64,000 nt of DNA, from positions 31,168,001-31,232,000 of the forward strand of contig CP068257.2 of assembly GCA_009914755.4 (NCBI GenBank). The letters are read 5' to 3'. A model generated the notes under the pieces. It saw nothing but the letters and a program-made list of their open reading frames with translations. It was not told the origin of the DNA and did no database searches. This DNA comes from the human T2T-CHM13v2.0 reference genome, Homo sapiens. The position numbers and the translations under genes are program-made. Below are positions 1-13,374 of the stretch, in pieces (position 1 is the stretch's first letter; each line of letters opens with the position of its first letter).

Positions 1-84
1 AGGTTGCAGTGAGCCGAGATTGCGCCATTGCACTCCAGCCTGGGCAATAAGAGTGAAACTCATCTCAAAAGAGAAAAAAAAAAG
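1..84 (+). mobile_element. Alu 3' fragment (right arm end plus A-tail), cut by window edge
   Basis: aggttgcagtgagccgagattgcgccattgcactccagcctgggc...gaaactcatctcaaaagagaaaaaaaaaag matches Alu right-arm terminus and poly-A. Confidence 0.85.
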
Positions 85-1032
85 ATGCAGATGGAGTGGT
101 GGTAAGGGAGAAACGGAAAGACTCTCAAAGGATGTGCTCTTTGGGCCAGGCAGAGAAGAGGTTCGGGTTAGGAAGGGCGAGGCAGTGCAGATATAAGAGT
201 CATTGGCGCAGATGTCAGAATGACTAAAGTCCTTAGTATGTTTAGAGCAGGTATAAGACATCTGGAGGTCCATGAGGCTGGGGATGTAGGCAGGAAGACA
301 GGGTTAGACAGGACCTTGCTGGTCAAGCTAAGGGGTTTGGACTTTATGCTGGCAGTTACTTGTTCTCCAAACTCTTCTGATCATCACCCCATCAATAAAT
401 GATTTTAAAACCCTCCCCAATAGATGTATCTGTTAATTTATAAAGGCCATTCACATATTACCATGCTTACATATCATCTGTATTATCAACAATACACAAA
501 CTGTAGCATTTTTAAAAATTTAAGATGAAAAATAAATAAAAATGAAAGTTTGAATATTTTCAGCTCTACCCCACTAGCTTGGCTTGCAAACCTCCTGTGA
601 GGTAAGCTCCCTCTTTGGAGGCTCCTGCAAGAGACAAAAAATGAGATGGTAAAGGTCTGAAGCAGGAGACATCTACTTAAATCTTGTTTAAGGAAGGTAA
701 CCTAGGTTGCCAGGGAGAGACTGAATCTGGGGAGAAAACACTAGTCAGGACAGTGAATTCTAAATAGTTTTCTTTTGTATTTTCCTCAGTGATTTCCATC
801 TCTCCATTTGTTGACTCCTTCTAACTCCAGGCTCTTTGGATAAATTTGTTTCAATATCTGGAATCCTCAAGGGGATGGAGAGAACCAAGAATGTAGGATT
901 GAGAAGGTGGGGATGAGGATGAGGCTGTCTTCCTCCTATGAGCATGAGTCAGGATACCTGCTAGAACCTCCAGGAGGGAACCAGTGGTACAGGGAGCAGG
1001 AGAGCCCAGTGGGCAGCACAGCAAAGCATTTG

Positions 1033-1131
1033 TCTCTCTCTGTCTCCCAGGCTGGAGTGCAGTGGCGCGATCTCGGCTCACTGCAACCTCCCACTCCTAG
1101 GTTCAAGCAATTCTTCTGCCTCAGCCTCTCA
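1033..1131 (-). mobile_element. Alu fragment (about 100 bp, antisense)
   Basis: tctgtctcccaggctggagtgcagtggcgcgatctcggctcactgcaacctcc...ttcaagcaattcttctgcctcagcctc is the reverse complement of the Alu right arm; truncated on both sides. Confidence 0.7.
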
Positions 1132-1955
1132 TCGTTGTCTCATTCTTAGCATCCCAACACAGCTTGCCTGGGAACGCCACTCCCTGAGACATCCACTGTG
1201 AGCCCTGACAGCCACGAGAAAAACATAGCTCATTTTCTCAGAGTTAGGAGCCTCTGGGTGGCTTCATCAGACTGGCAGCAAGCCTAGCTGCTAGTGAGGG
1301 CTAGTTATGGCAAACTATGGAGTAGGTGGAGTAGCTCTCCGATCCCCAGTTCCCCTTGATGTGCCTTCCTCTTAACTCCCTGATCATCCATTCTTTTCTT
1401 TCCAGGAGCCAGTGCTGAAAACCCGCTCACAGATTGGTATCTGATACCAGTTGGTTAGGCCTTAATCGGAATTTAAACTGACACATTCTTGTCCAAGGGT
1501 ATTTGCACTGTAAGCCTTATGGCTACCTTGTTCCTTATTAGAGAGATAGCAAGGATCAAACAGAAAGTATGGGAGGAGTGTGGGGTGGAGACCCACGCTG
1601 GGCTCCAGAAACAAGTGGTCACCTGTTCTCAGGTCCAGTGCCCACTTGTCCAGGGCTGTGCAACCCCTCTTCCCGTTGAGGTCAAGGAGGGGTGTTGGCT
1701 ATTCTGTTATGTGGATGAGATGCCCACACAGGCAGTGTGAGGGCTTTAGCTGTAGGACCTTGAAATGCTCTTGAAAAAAGGGATTTTTAGCATTTTTCTT
1801 TTCTTTGGCTTTGTTCCACGAATGCACTGCAGGAGATAGGTTAGAGATAAACACTATGTAAGATATTTGAAAACGGAATGATATCTTTGTTGTTTACTAT
1901 TTCAAAGCTTATGAAGTTGAAAACTAATTTGGGTCCCTCCCCAATGTTTTCTTAC

Positions 1956-1986
1956 TGTGATACTGTGATACTGTGATACTGTGTCT
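1956..1986. repeat. short tandem repeat (TGATACTG)x3.5
   Basis: tgtgatactgtgatactgtgatactgtg read directly. Confidence 0.8.
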
Positions 1987-2498
1987 TTTATTTCTTCTTC
2001 ACATTCCACAACAGCACATCCTCATCCTTGGTATGAGCCACTGAATTTTCACAGGCCCTTGCAAGGATCTAATGCTGAAGTCACCGTTCTGTGCAGTCTC
2101 TGTGGGTGAAGATCACTTCCCTTTCATTGTGGTTTACACAGTTCATTGTGCGGGGCAGGAAATGAGTTCCCAGTAATTCTGATGTGATCGGAATCTCATT
2201 TGGTTTCTATAGTAGGATCTAAACTATATGCTCTCATCTGATATTTTTGCTCATCTAGAGAAAGATGAAGTAAATTCATGTCTCCATAAGTTGGAATTAT
2301 GCAGGCAAAATTAGCTTCAAGTATGCAATTTGGGTTTTGAGAGGACACACTTTAAAATATTTTTGTGACTGTTCATGTTGAACTCACTAGTATATAGTTG
2401 GATCAGTCGGAGAACCTGTCTGAGTCTTATTTCTCTTGACAGGGCACAGGATAATAATCCAACCACACAGGTTGCAAAAGCAAAGTAGATGCATGTGA

Positions 2499-2520
2499 TT
2501 ATATATATATATATATATAT
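2499..2520. repeat. (TA)n microsatellite
   Basis: tatatatatatatatatatata run. Confidence 0.9.
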
Positions 2521-2539
2521 GAATAGTACTATATTATTT

Positions 2540-2669
2540 ATTTATTTTGTTTAGAGATGGGGTCTCACTATGTCATCCAGGCTGGTCTTAAACTCCCAGG
2601 CTCAAGTGATTCTCCTGCCTTGGCCTCCCAAGGTGCTAGGATTATAGGCATGAGCCACCACACCCAGCC
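2540..2669 (-). mobile_element. free Alu monomer / partial Alu (left-arm equivalent, antisense)
   Basis: gagatggggtctcactatgtcatccaggctggtcttaaactcc...cctcccaaggtgctaggattataggcatgagccaccacacccagcc matches the reverse complement of the Alu left arm only. Confidence 0.65.
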
Positions 2670-3585
2670 TGAATAGTTCTGTAGTATTATGTATATTGTA
2701 TACTCATAAGTACTCATAGGCATGCTACAATATACATAGTACTATTCATAGACATTGATATTTTGTAATATCAGAGTCATAGTGATAACAAATGTATTAC
2801 CATGCTCTGTGAGGGCATCCCAAAAGCCACCCCAAAGAAATCTAAAGTAACTGGTTCATTTAATGCATTACTTGTATCAAACATTTGACTAGACAGAGAA
2901 CAAGCACAGCGTAAAACAAAAATGTCTCTCTGCATGATTTTTCCTGTAATTAATCCAATCAGATTTACAAACGTCCTCCTGTAAATTCTGAGGATTGTGA
3001 GGTCCTGAAATTATTAGTGAGCTAGTCTGGAAAATAGAAATTAATTATCTGATTCCCATTTCTACTAACTTAAATGTGAATGAAATGTTTAAAGGAACAG
3101 CAGGAATATGGGATGTGATCAAAACACTTTATTTCTGATCTCCAACTGTGCCTAATGGATGTTATAGTAGGTCAAATAATGGTCCCTAAAGGTGCCTGTG
3201 TCCTAATACCTGGGCCCTGTGAATACATTACCTTACATGGCCATAAGGCCTCTACAGATGCTATTAAATTAAGAAACTTGAGATAAGGAGATGATCCTAG
3301 ATTATCTGGGTGGGCCCAATGTAATCAACAGGGTCCTTATAAGAAGAAGGCAATATGACAACTGAAGCAGAGATTGGAGCAATGTGGCTACAAGCTGAGA
3401 AATGCGAGCAGCCTCTAGGAGCTGAAAGAGGCAAGGAACAGATTTTCCCTTGGAGTCTCCAGAAGGAACCAGGCCTACTGACACCCTCACAGTAGCCTGG
3501 TCAGACTGGTTTTGAACTTCTGACCTCCAGAAGTGTAAAATAATATAGATATGTTGTTTCAAGCCACTAACATTGTAGATTATTA

Positions 3586-3887
3586 TTTTTTTTTTTTTGA
3601 GATGGAGTCTCGCTCTGTCACCCAGGCTGGAGTGTGGAGTGCAGTGGCACGATCTTGGCTCACTGCAATCTTTGCATCCCGTGTTCAAGCAATTCTCCTG
3701 CCTCAGCCTCCTGAATAGCTGGGATTACAGGTGTGCACCACCATACCAGGCTAAATTTTATATTTTTAGTAGAGATGGGGTTTCACCATGTTGGCCAGGC
3801 TGGTCTCAAACTCCTGACCTCAAGTGATCTGCCTGCCTCAGCCTCCGAAAGTGCTGGGATTACAGGTGTAAGCCACTGCGCCTGGCC
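3586..3887 (-). mobile_element. Alu, full length (antisense)
   Basis: poly-T then gagatggagtctcgctctgtcacccaggctggagtg...ggattacaggtgtaagccactgcgcctggcc. Confidence 0.9.
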
Positions 3888-5039
3888 AAGTTGTAGAAAT
3901 TTTTTATAGCAGCAATAGGAAATGAATACAGAGACGGTGAGGAAACCAAACCACCACATCAAACCACCCTTGTGGACCAAACCAGCCCTTCTGTATTCAC
4001 AGCCCTGCAGTGTTTGCTAATTACATTATGTGGTTTATTCCTCTCATTAGCCTGGATCATTGGTAACTAGTCTCCTGAAATACCGAGCTCAATGCTCCCA
4101 TAGAATAGTCACACTATGTTGGACCCAGCCAAGCCCAAATGGATACATCTGGCTACGTCTTATGAGTTGAGGGGGAACCATCTTCAGGTGGTTAATTGCA
4201 TACATGGAATTGTTGAAGGAGAGCGAAGACGATATGGGAGGGCCCAGGGCAGGGAAGAGCAGAGGGATGGGACAGTGGCATTTGTGTCTTTCCAGCCCAA
4301 ACGTATGCCTGAGGCTGAGTCCGGTCAGGTAGCAAGCAGAGGCTGCAAGAAGTGCTTTTAAGAATTCTGAGATGTGAGGCACAAGTGGCCCCCTGCCCAG
4401 GCAAGAAAGGGTGACATTGAGTGGTGGACAGAAGCATTTTCTCCACTTCTGTACTGAGTACAGCTCAGCTCTAGCACAGTGAGGAATGAGGGACAGATGG
4501 CACTATTTGACCCTTTCTCAAGAACAGACTGGGGCTACCCCTGGATTTTGCTCTCTGGTCATCAAGCAACAGGGAGCCCCATGGCCAAGGTAAGGGACAG
4601 TCAGCATCCAGTGGGGGCTGGGGACAGAAGCAGATGAAAGGACCATTGTGCGCATAGGCAAGACCCCTGGGGACTCAAAGAAGCACCTAGAGGAAATTCT
4701 GTTTTGTAGACGTAGTGGTGGGAGGAGGCAAGGACCTGTATCTGGTAGGTGGGAGCACGAGCCAACAGAATACAAGCTATTCGTGTTCACTTAACTTCAT
4801 CTGTGCCCTCTGGCTGGTGAAGCCAGGAGCTCTTCAGGTATCAGCTGGATTACCTGTTTGAGATTAAATTGATTGAATCATAGAAATAGACTAAAGTGCT
4901 TAGGAGCTTAGAAGCTGAGTAAGAACTGACTGAAAAGTAGATATTTTATTTGGAAAGCACTGAGCTCACCTGGGTATTAATTTCACCCACTAATTTGCTG
5001 CCTGGATGCGGGGCTTCCTTGTTGGTTTACTGTGGGGTT

Positions 5040-5396
5040 TTATTAGTCCATTTTCATGCTGCTGATAAAGACATACCCAAGCCTGGGTAATTTACAAAAG
5101 AAAGAGGTTTAATGAACTCAGTCCCACATGGCTGGGAGGCCTCACAATCATGGTGGAAAGTGAGTCGTGTCTCACATGGTGGCAGACAAGAGAAGAGTGA
5201 GAGCCAAGTGAAAGGGGTTTCCCCTTACAAAGCCATCAGATCTCGCAAGACTTATTCACTACCACAAGAACGTTATTGGGAAAACCACCCCCGTGATTCA
5301 ATAATCTCCCACTGGGTCCCTCCCACAACATGAGGGAATGATGAGAGTTACAATTCAAGGTGAGATTTGAGTGGGGACACAGCCAAACCATATCAG
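5040..5396 (-). mobile_element. MaLR solo LTR, THE1/MST-type (antisense)
   Basis: The reverse complement reads tgatatggtttggctgtgtccccactcaaatctcaccttgaattgt...ttataaattacccaggcttgggtatgtctttatcagcagcatgaaaatggactaataa, the canonical THE1/MST LTR layout. Confidence 0.7.
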
Positions 5397-5560
5397 GGGG
5401 TCAGGTTTCTGATGCCTTCTTGCTGATTGCGGTTTCCCCAGTCCTTAGCACAGGGCCTGGCACATAGGAGCACTCCATGACTATTTATATTATCCAAATG
5501 AGTCCCTACATTTGCTAAGCCAATGAGGCATGTTATTGATCCTTGATTCCCTCTTATGCC

Positions 5561-5850
<290 letters not shown>

Positions 5851-7404
5851 CCTCTTTTGCCTTTTACCTCCTAGGATTGTCGAGTGTTAGCAAATCCGCA
5901 GGCAAAATTCATATTCTTCTTCAGCGACTTTCATTGTATGGCCTAGACATGGCAGAAAAACCAGAATGAGTTTCTGTGTATGGGTGACAGGGTGGGAATT
6001 TGAGCTTACTCTCCTATGGCCTAGCTGTGCATCATCCTTGAAAGCCATTGAATGACATCTGGCAAAATCCCAGGAGGCACCTCCAACCTCCTGTGACTTT
6101 ACAAAAGGCCTAGTCTAGGTTCCTGATTGCCTTACAACTTTCCTGTGAATCTGATGAGGAGGAAGCGTGAAATACACTTGGCTAGAATGGAGACCGTGAG
6201 TCCCAAGTCAGGCCTCCAGTCACTGCCCTTCCATCTTATGCCACACACCTTCCGAGGGGCGAAGGAAAACATGAGTAGAATTAGTATATTTTGGTCTCAC
6301 AGATATTTGTGAGCATCACGAAGCCATTCCCCTAATTGCTCTTGGTTGAGAGATTACAACAGCCCTTGCTGCAAAACTCCCCCACAACCTAACCTTTCAG
6401 AGTCCAATCTTGCAAAGCTAACTCAGGGAGAGCTTTGCTTAAATTACTGGGCTAGTATTATGTGAGTGTGAAGTTGCCAAGGAAAATGAGTCAGACACTA
6501 ATCCCTTTGCTAGGAGATGAGAGAAAAAAAAAAAAAGGCTGGCAGACCTTTACTATTTTAATTACCTGCTTCCAGAACAATAAAAGAGAATTCAGATCTT
6601 CCACTTAACAGTCGTGCCCTTCTTATATTCCCGTAAAGTACCTGCACTATTTCCTTAAGATGTAAGCCTTGGGCTTTTTTCCTTTCAACTGTGTTCAAGC
6701 TATAGTTCCGACCATTCGATTTTGGACAAAAATAAGAATTAAAATTTCCTTTGCTGGTTTTAGTTACAAATATTGGAACCAATGAACATTTAAACCTTGT
6801 TTCTTTCTTGAAAGATTTTTCAGAGTTTTAAAATGCTTCCTGGGAATGATGACTAAAGGTAATGTGGGATCCTGGATGAGATCCTGGGACAAAAAAAAGG
6901 ACAATGGGTGAAATCTAAGGACATCTGAATAATGTTTGGACTTTATTTTATAATAATAATGTGTCAATACTGGTTCATTAATTGTGACAAATATACCATA
7001 CTCATGTAAGATGTTAACTCTATATAAGAACTCTCTATTATCTTCACGATTTTTCTGTAAACCTGAAACTATTGCAAAATAAGAATTTTATTTAAAAAGA
7101 GTGAATCCTGATCTCATTGATGACTCTTTGACGATTAGTTTTGTGACAGCAGCAGAGCTCCAGTAGATAATCTGGCATCACAATTTGGGCTAAACCGAGT
7201 GCCCATGAAATAGTGTCTAGGCACAACTCCAAATGAATTCTTCAGACCTCCTGGCCACAGAGAAGATTCTTTTTTTGTTTTTTTTAATGACCCAGAGACC
7301 AGGCATTTCAGAGATGGAAATGCGAAGTAATGCTTTTATGGGAAGTGGATCAAAACTGGGAAAGGAGAGGCATCACGGCATGTTGTGGGGACAAGCCTCG
7401 AGGG

Positions 7405-7406
<2 letters not shown>

Positions 7407-7447
<41 letters not shown>
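7407..7447. repeat. (GT)n microsatellite, about 20 units
   Basis: gtgtgtgtgt... uninterrupted run. Confidence 0.95.
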
Positions 7448-7448
<1 letters not shown>

Positions 7449-7469
7449 TGTCTCACTGGGCTTTTGTTG

Positions 7470-7503
7470 TTCTTTCTTCTTTTCTTTCTTCCCTCCCTCC
7501 TTC

Positions 7504-7574
<71 letters not shown>

Positions 7575-7633
7575 TCCTCTTTCTTTCTTTTTCCTCTCTT
7601 CCTTTCTCTCTCTCTTTCTTTCTTTCCTTTTTT
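7470..7633. repeat. (TTTC)n / T-C-rich microsatellite derived from the adjacent Alu A-tail (GAAA on the Alu strand)
   Basis: ttctttctttctttc... about 18 pure TTTC units flanked by degenerate TC-rich sequence, directly abutting the poly-T end of the antisense Alu. Confidence 0.9.
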
Positions 7634-7902
7634 GAGACAAGGTCTTGCTCTGTCACCCAGGCTGGAGTGCAGTGGCTCACTGTCACCTTGAACTTCTGGG
7701 CTCAGGCAAGCCTCCCAACCTCAGCCTCCTGAGTAGCTAGGACTATAGGTGCGTACCACTGGCTAATGTTTAAAATTTTTTGTAGAGACACAGACTCACT
7801 GTAGTGCTCAGGCTGATCTACAACTTCTGGCCTCAAGAGATCTTCCCACCGCCCAAAGTGTGGGGATTACAGGCATGAGCCACCGCGCCTGCCCCCATTG
7901 TG
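7628..7902 (-). mobile_element. Alu, older (J-like) subfamily, antisense
   Basis: ttttgagacaaggtcttgctctgtcacccaggctggagtgcagtggctcac...ggattacaggcatgagccaccgcgcctgcccc, diverged from the consensus. Confidence 0.85.
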
Positions 7903-8381
7903 TTTTCTTATTCTCCAATCTGGACCCCATTCGCCTCATGCTGCTTATGTTGCCCTCTGTGTTTGGGGATGATTTCTGTTTCTTGTCCACTAAGAAACTA
8001 CCTTCATCTCTGATACTGTCTTCAAATCTCTCCTCTTTCATGACATTTTATTATGCTGGGGGAATAGGTGACAGTTCTTGTTTGACTCAAACCTACTTTT
8101 CTTAGAGTGCAACATCAGTCTATTGTAAGATAAATTAAAAAAAAAAAAGAGCTTTTGTAAGCCAATCTGTTATCACACAGAGCCTAGTACCTAGTCGTGT
8201 TAGATTTTTAAGCCACTCCAAAAAACCAGACTTTTGCTGTAATCATTCTATTGCAACCATTCTCATCAGGTTCCCAGTGAATCCCACCACCCCCATACCA
8301 AATCCAGTGATTAATTTCCTGGTCTCATTTTGTTTGACTTCCCACAAGCATCTGACTTAGTTGCCTCCCCCTTCTTTTTGA

Positions 8382-8792
<411 letters not shown>

Positions 8793-9261
8793 CTGATCTT
8801 CTTACCTGTTATTGTTGCATGTCCCCAGCTCAGTGCATGGCTGTCTTCTGTATGTGCGTCCACTCTCTTGGTGCCTGCATGCTGTCCTGTGAAGTTAAAT
8901 ACCACCTAGATGCTGATGGTGAACTGAGATACGTCTCTAGCTCCTGACTGCATCATGCTCACATGTCCCACATTGTATCTGATAGCTCTTTCTGAATGTC
9001 TAGTAGACATCTCCAACTTAACATGCCAAATACACAGCTCCTGATTCCCAAGAAAGTTCAGACTCCTATGAGAAATGTTACTGTACCAGTAATTCACTGT
9101 TCCTCAGCCCTGTGTTCCCAAGGCTAAGCTAGCTAAATACAGCAAATTGTCATTGATAAAGAGGCAACATACTATAATATATAAAATGTGATACATGTAT
9201 GTTGTATACTGAAAATTGAATGAAATCAGGAACTATCCATATTTTTATTCACTAATAGTAA

Positions 9262-9665
<404 letters not shown>

Positions 9666-9919
9666 ATTTTCATATCAGGAAATGATACATGGGTACTCAG
9701 GGAGGTTAAATAACTTGTCCAAGGTCACAGAACTAGTTAATAATGGCTAAAATTTGAACCCAGACAGCCAACTATACTCTGAAGAGTCATGGTGGAAATT
9801 ACAGCGCTATTTCCTACCCCAGGGTCTTGGGCCTATTCAAGTGAGATTCCATGCATTGTATTCTATTACTAGATGCTGTAGCCTTTAACCTATATGTGTA
9901 TAGAACCCTCATGCTAAAT

Positions 9920-10290
9920 GCTATGATTTGAATGTGTTTCCTAAAGTTCACGTGTTGGAAACTTAATCCCCAGTGCAACAGTGTTGAGAAGTGGGAGCTT
10001 TAAGGGGTGACCTTTAAGAGGGCGGTGCCCTCATGAATGGATTAATGCTGTTATTGAGGAGTGGGTTGGTCACCATGGGAATAGGTTTCAAATAAAAGGA
10101 TGAATTTGACCCCCTTTCTCTCTGTCTCTCTTATGTGTGTGCACATGTTCTCTTGCCCTTTCACCTTCCACCATGGAATGAAACAGCAAGAATGCCCTTG
10201 CCAGATGCAGGCCCCTTGACCTTGGAATTCCCAGTCTCCAGAACCATAAGAAAGAAATTTCTGTTCTTAAGTTCATAATCAGAATAGAGG
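9920..10290 (+). mobile_element. MaLR-like LTR, second family (MST/MLT-type; family name not resolvable by eye)
   Basis: ctatgatttgaatgtgtttcctaaagttcacgtgttggaaacttaatccccagtgcaacagtgttgagaagtgggagctttaaggggtga...ccctcatgaatggattaatgc...ccagtctccagaaccataagaaagaaatttctgtt; same family as 12452-12795 and 27262-27601. Confidence 0.5.
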
Positions 10291-11378
10291 ACAATATGAG
10301 CAGAGTGCTGCTTCTGCTAACATAGGTATGGAATGTGGGACAAAGAATTCTCAGAGAGTGAGCCACTGGGAAGTCCTAACTAAAATATGTGGCTACCGTA
10401 CTTTTCTACTTGACACAGTCCTTGAGAGAGTGAATTAGGCAATGAGTGCAAATCCTTCAGGCTTTCCCCTTGAGTGACTTGGTAGACACTCAGTTAATTG
10501 CATCACTGGGGTTCACATCCACAGCTTTGCACAGCTGCCCCTTGGTCCCACGCCCACAGAACTGTGAGGCCTGCCTGTTCTTCCCACTGGGGCCTATTGA
10601 CCTATTAGCTCCCACAGACACAGACACAAGCCACTGGGCACTGAATTTTAAAAGCTGATAATGTGGCAGCTTTAAGCAGTGAAAAATATTAGTGTGGAAA
10701 AGAAAGATGAGAAATCCAAGTCAGCTCTTGAAAAGCACTCATTTCCATAAATACTTTATTGAAACTGTTATTTTCAGAAAATGCCCAATTTCTGTCAGAA
10801 AAAAAAGTAATGAAAAGTCTTTTTTTTTCCTTCCAAACATATTGCATTATTTAGACTAAAAAAAAGCAAAAAACTTCTCAAGGATGGCTCTTTTCGGTAA
10901 AAAATTTTCAAACAAATGAAGTCTTTTTTTTGGTATTTTTTAAGGGTGGGTTTTTTATAAATATTATGCACAATGTTTTTGAAACATTTCCTGTCCTCAG
11001 TATACACCAACATACTTTTTGCTAAAAGCTTTCCAAAAATATGCTTATTAAACAAAGAAATAAATGCAAGACTGTATATGTTCTACTCATTTTGAATTAA
11101 AACATTCCCCTCTTCATCTTGCCTTTTGCTACATTATTTATCATGCTTTTTCACTTTTGAATAAAAGACCAATTTTTTAAAAACACGAACTATCCAATCC
11201 AAATGTTAATGCTCATCTTAGCTTACTTTCTTTTCTTTGTTTTCTAATCAGCAAACTCTATAAAGCCTGGTGTGTAAATAGGCAGTAAATATAATATTAT
11301 TAAAAGATAAAACAGAGCAAAGAAACAGTATCAGCCGGTGTTTTGGGAGTTCTCACTTTTCTTTGTTTGTGATCACAA

Positions 11379-11411
11379 TAAGGAAAAGAGATATCATATC
11401 TCTTTTCCTTA
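11379..11411. repeat. perfect 33-nt palindrome (16-nt arms around a single C)
   Basis: taaggaaaagagatat c atatctcttttcctta; the two arms are exact reverse complements. Confidence 0.9.
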
Positions 11412-12451
11412 ATTGTTATTTAGCATTGAAGACTAATGGAAAAGTCTAGCCAGATGTTTTAAAATAGAGACAAGATTTCAAGGAGCTATCTGTTATATTA
11501 GCTTTAAGTGAGTTTATCTTTTTAGGGTTTAAATGAGAAGACCATGTCATTCTTTGCTTAATGCACTGAAAATCTTTCATTTTAAAGGCAGAATCTCAGT
11601 AAAGAGGAATTCATATGCCTGGAAGCCTAAAAAAGTGTTTCATAGTGAAAGCCACTCATACATGTACATTATGTTCAGGAAATGCAAATGCAACAAGAAG
11701 GTGACCCTGACAATGGTTCTTCCAACCGTCACAGTTCCTGCCATGCAGCAGAAATTCTGAAGCTCTGAAAAACTGTCAGACTAGACATGCTTTTTAAAAA
11801 AGAAGAACACAGAAATTACTTACATCTGAGAGTTCCACCGTGAGGCCTCGCCTCTCCACTCCACAGACCTCTGCCTGGCCACGGATCCTTCACCCTGGCT
11901 TGACAGCTGGTTTAATCTGCAAGCCAGGGTGGAATGCGTGGTCTTGCACTTGCTGTTCTTTTCCGTCTTCGGAGGGCCAGCAGCCTGGTCATTTCCATGG
12001 CAACCAGGAGGAAGCTGCTGGCCTACCAGTCTCATTAACTACACGCAGGAGAGAACCTGCCTTGGTGACTGCTGACCACTCTTTTGGGGTTCTAAACTGG
12101 GAAGTTTCTAGAAGAAACTGAGGAGACTGTTGCTGTAGGCTGATCCCAAAGGATTGACACAAATGGAAGAAATTCTACTTTAGCAGGAAATTGAATGGAT
12201 TAAATGTAGAGTACGGAGACTCCTTGATACTTTTACTTTCATGATTTATTCCACCTTTTTTGGTCTGATGAATTGTTACTTATGGTAAATGCCTGCACTA
12301 CTGTATAAAGTGTCCTATCGTAGTTGTTCCAAAGAAAAAAAACTCATTTGAACTCCAAAGATAGACATTATTCTCTGTCTTTTTTAAAATTCATTTAAAA
12401 AAATATTAGAAGCCACAAAACCAATAAATAGGTAACAATTATTCTATGTAC

Positions 12452-12795
12452 ATTAACTGATAGTCCATGTGGGCTTCTATAACAAAATACCATTAGTTGG
12501 GTAACTTACAAACAACATATTTATTTCTGTAGGCTGGGAAGGCCAAGATCAAGGCAGATTTGTTTTCTGGTGAGGGTCTGCTTCCTGGTTCATAGATGGC
12601 ACCTTCTAGCTGAGTCCTCACATGGTGGAAGGGAAACTGTGGTTTCTTCAGCTTCTTACAAGGGCACTAATCCCATTCATAAGGGCTCCACCCTCATGAC
12701 CTAATCACATTCCAACATCTCCACCTCCTATGCTATCACATTAAGGATTAGGTTTCAATATATGTATTTTAAGGGAAGATAAATACCTGGGCCTT
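12452..12795 (-). mobile_element. MaLR-like LTR, second family (antisense)
   Basis: The reverse complement reads ...aaatacatatattgaaacctaatccttaatgtgatagcataggaggtggagatgttggaatgtgattaggtcatgagggtggagcccttatgaatgggattagtgccc...ccaccatgtgaggactcagc...gaaataaatatgttgtttgtaagttacccaactaatggtattttgttatagaagcccacatggactatca. Confidence 0.55.
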
Positions 12796-12839
12796 AACAA
12801 CTGATGAAGTCTCACTAAATATGGGAAAAAAAGATAAGG

Positions 12840-13374
12840 CAGGGGTCCCCGATCTCCAGGCCACGGACTGGTACCAGTCCATGCTACAGTAGGAGTTGAG
12901 CAGTGGGTGAGCAAGAGAAGAAGCTTCATCTGTATTTACAGCCGCTCCCTATCAATCACATTACCACCTGAGCTCTGCCTTCTGTCAGATCAGCAGTGGC
13001 ATTAGATTCTCATAGGATTGAATTGAGAATGCTATTCTATTGTGAACTATTGTGAACTGTGTATGCGAGGGATCTAGGTTGCATGCTCCATATGAGAATC
13101 TAATGCCTGATGATCTGTCACTGTCTCCCATCACCCCTAGATGGGACAGTCTAGTTGCAAGAAAACAAGCTCAGGGCTCTCACTGATTCTACATTATGGT
13201 GAGTGGTATAAGTATTTCATTATATATTATAATGCAATAATAATACAAAGTGCACAATAAATGTAATCGCTTGAATCATCCCCAAACCACCTCCTACCCC
13301 TGCCTGTCTGTGGAAAAATTATCTTCCATGAAACTGGTCTCTAGTGCCAAGAAGGGGACTGCTGAGATAAAGAA
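12840..13374. mobile_element. non-autonomous hAT-type DNA transposon (MER30-like) with terminal inverted repeats and 8-bp TSD
   Basis: Termini caggggtccccgatctccaggccacggactggtaccagtccatg ... catgaaactggtctctagtgccaagaaggggactgctg are inverted complements. Internal motif ...attagattctcataggattg...tctaggttgcatgctccatatgagaatctaatgcctgatgatctg is as in MER30. The flanking 8-mers agataagg / agataaag differ at one position, giving an 8-bp TSD. Confidence 0.65.

Noticed and set aside
3302-3827. ORFs of 60-130 aa overlapping Alu elements throughout the window (for example 3302-3688, 5393-5659, 8357-8705, 24261-24614, 57608-57916)
   Set aside because: These are recurrent translations of the Alu consensus (peptides such as [12 protein letters not shown]..., [29 protein letters not shown]...). 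The same peptides recur at every Alu in both orientations, so they are not genes.
7330-7732. ORFs encoding poly-(FLS) / (ERKK)n peptides
   Set aside because: These are direct translations of the (TTTC)n/(GAAA)n and (GT)n microsatellites.
10795-11060. AT-rich tract with A and T homopolymer runs that might be a degraded L1 or poly-A landing pad
   Set aside because: No recognisable L1, Alu or LTR consensus. Treated as low-complexity sequence only.
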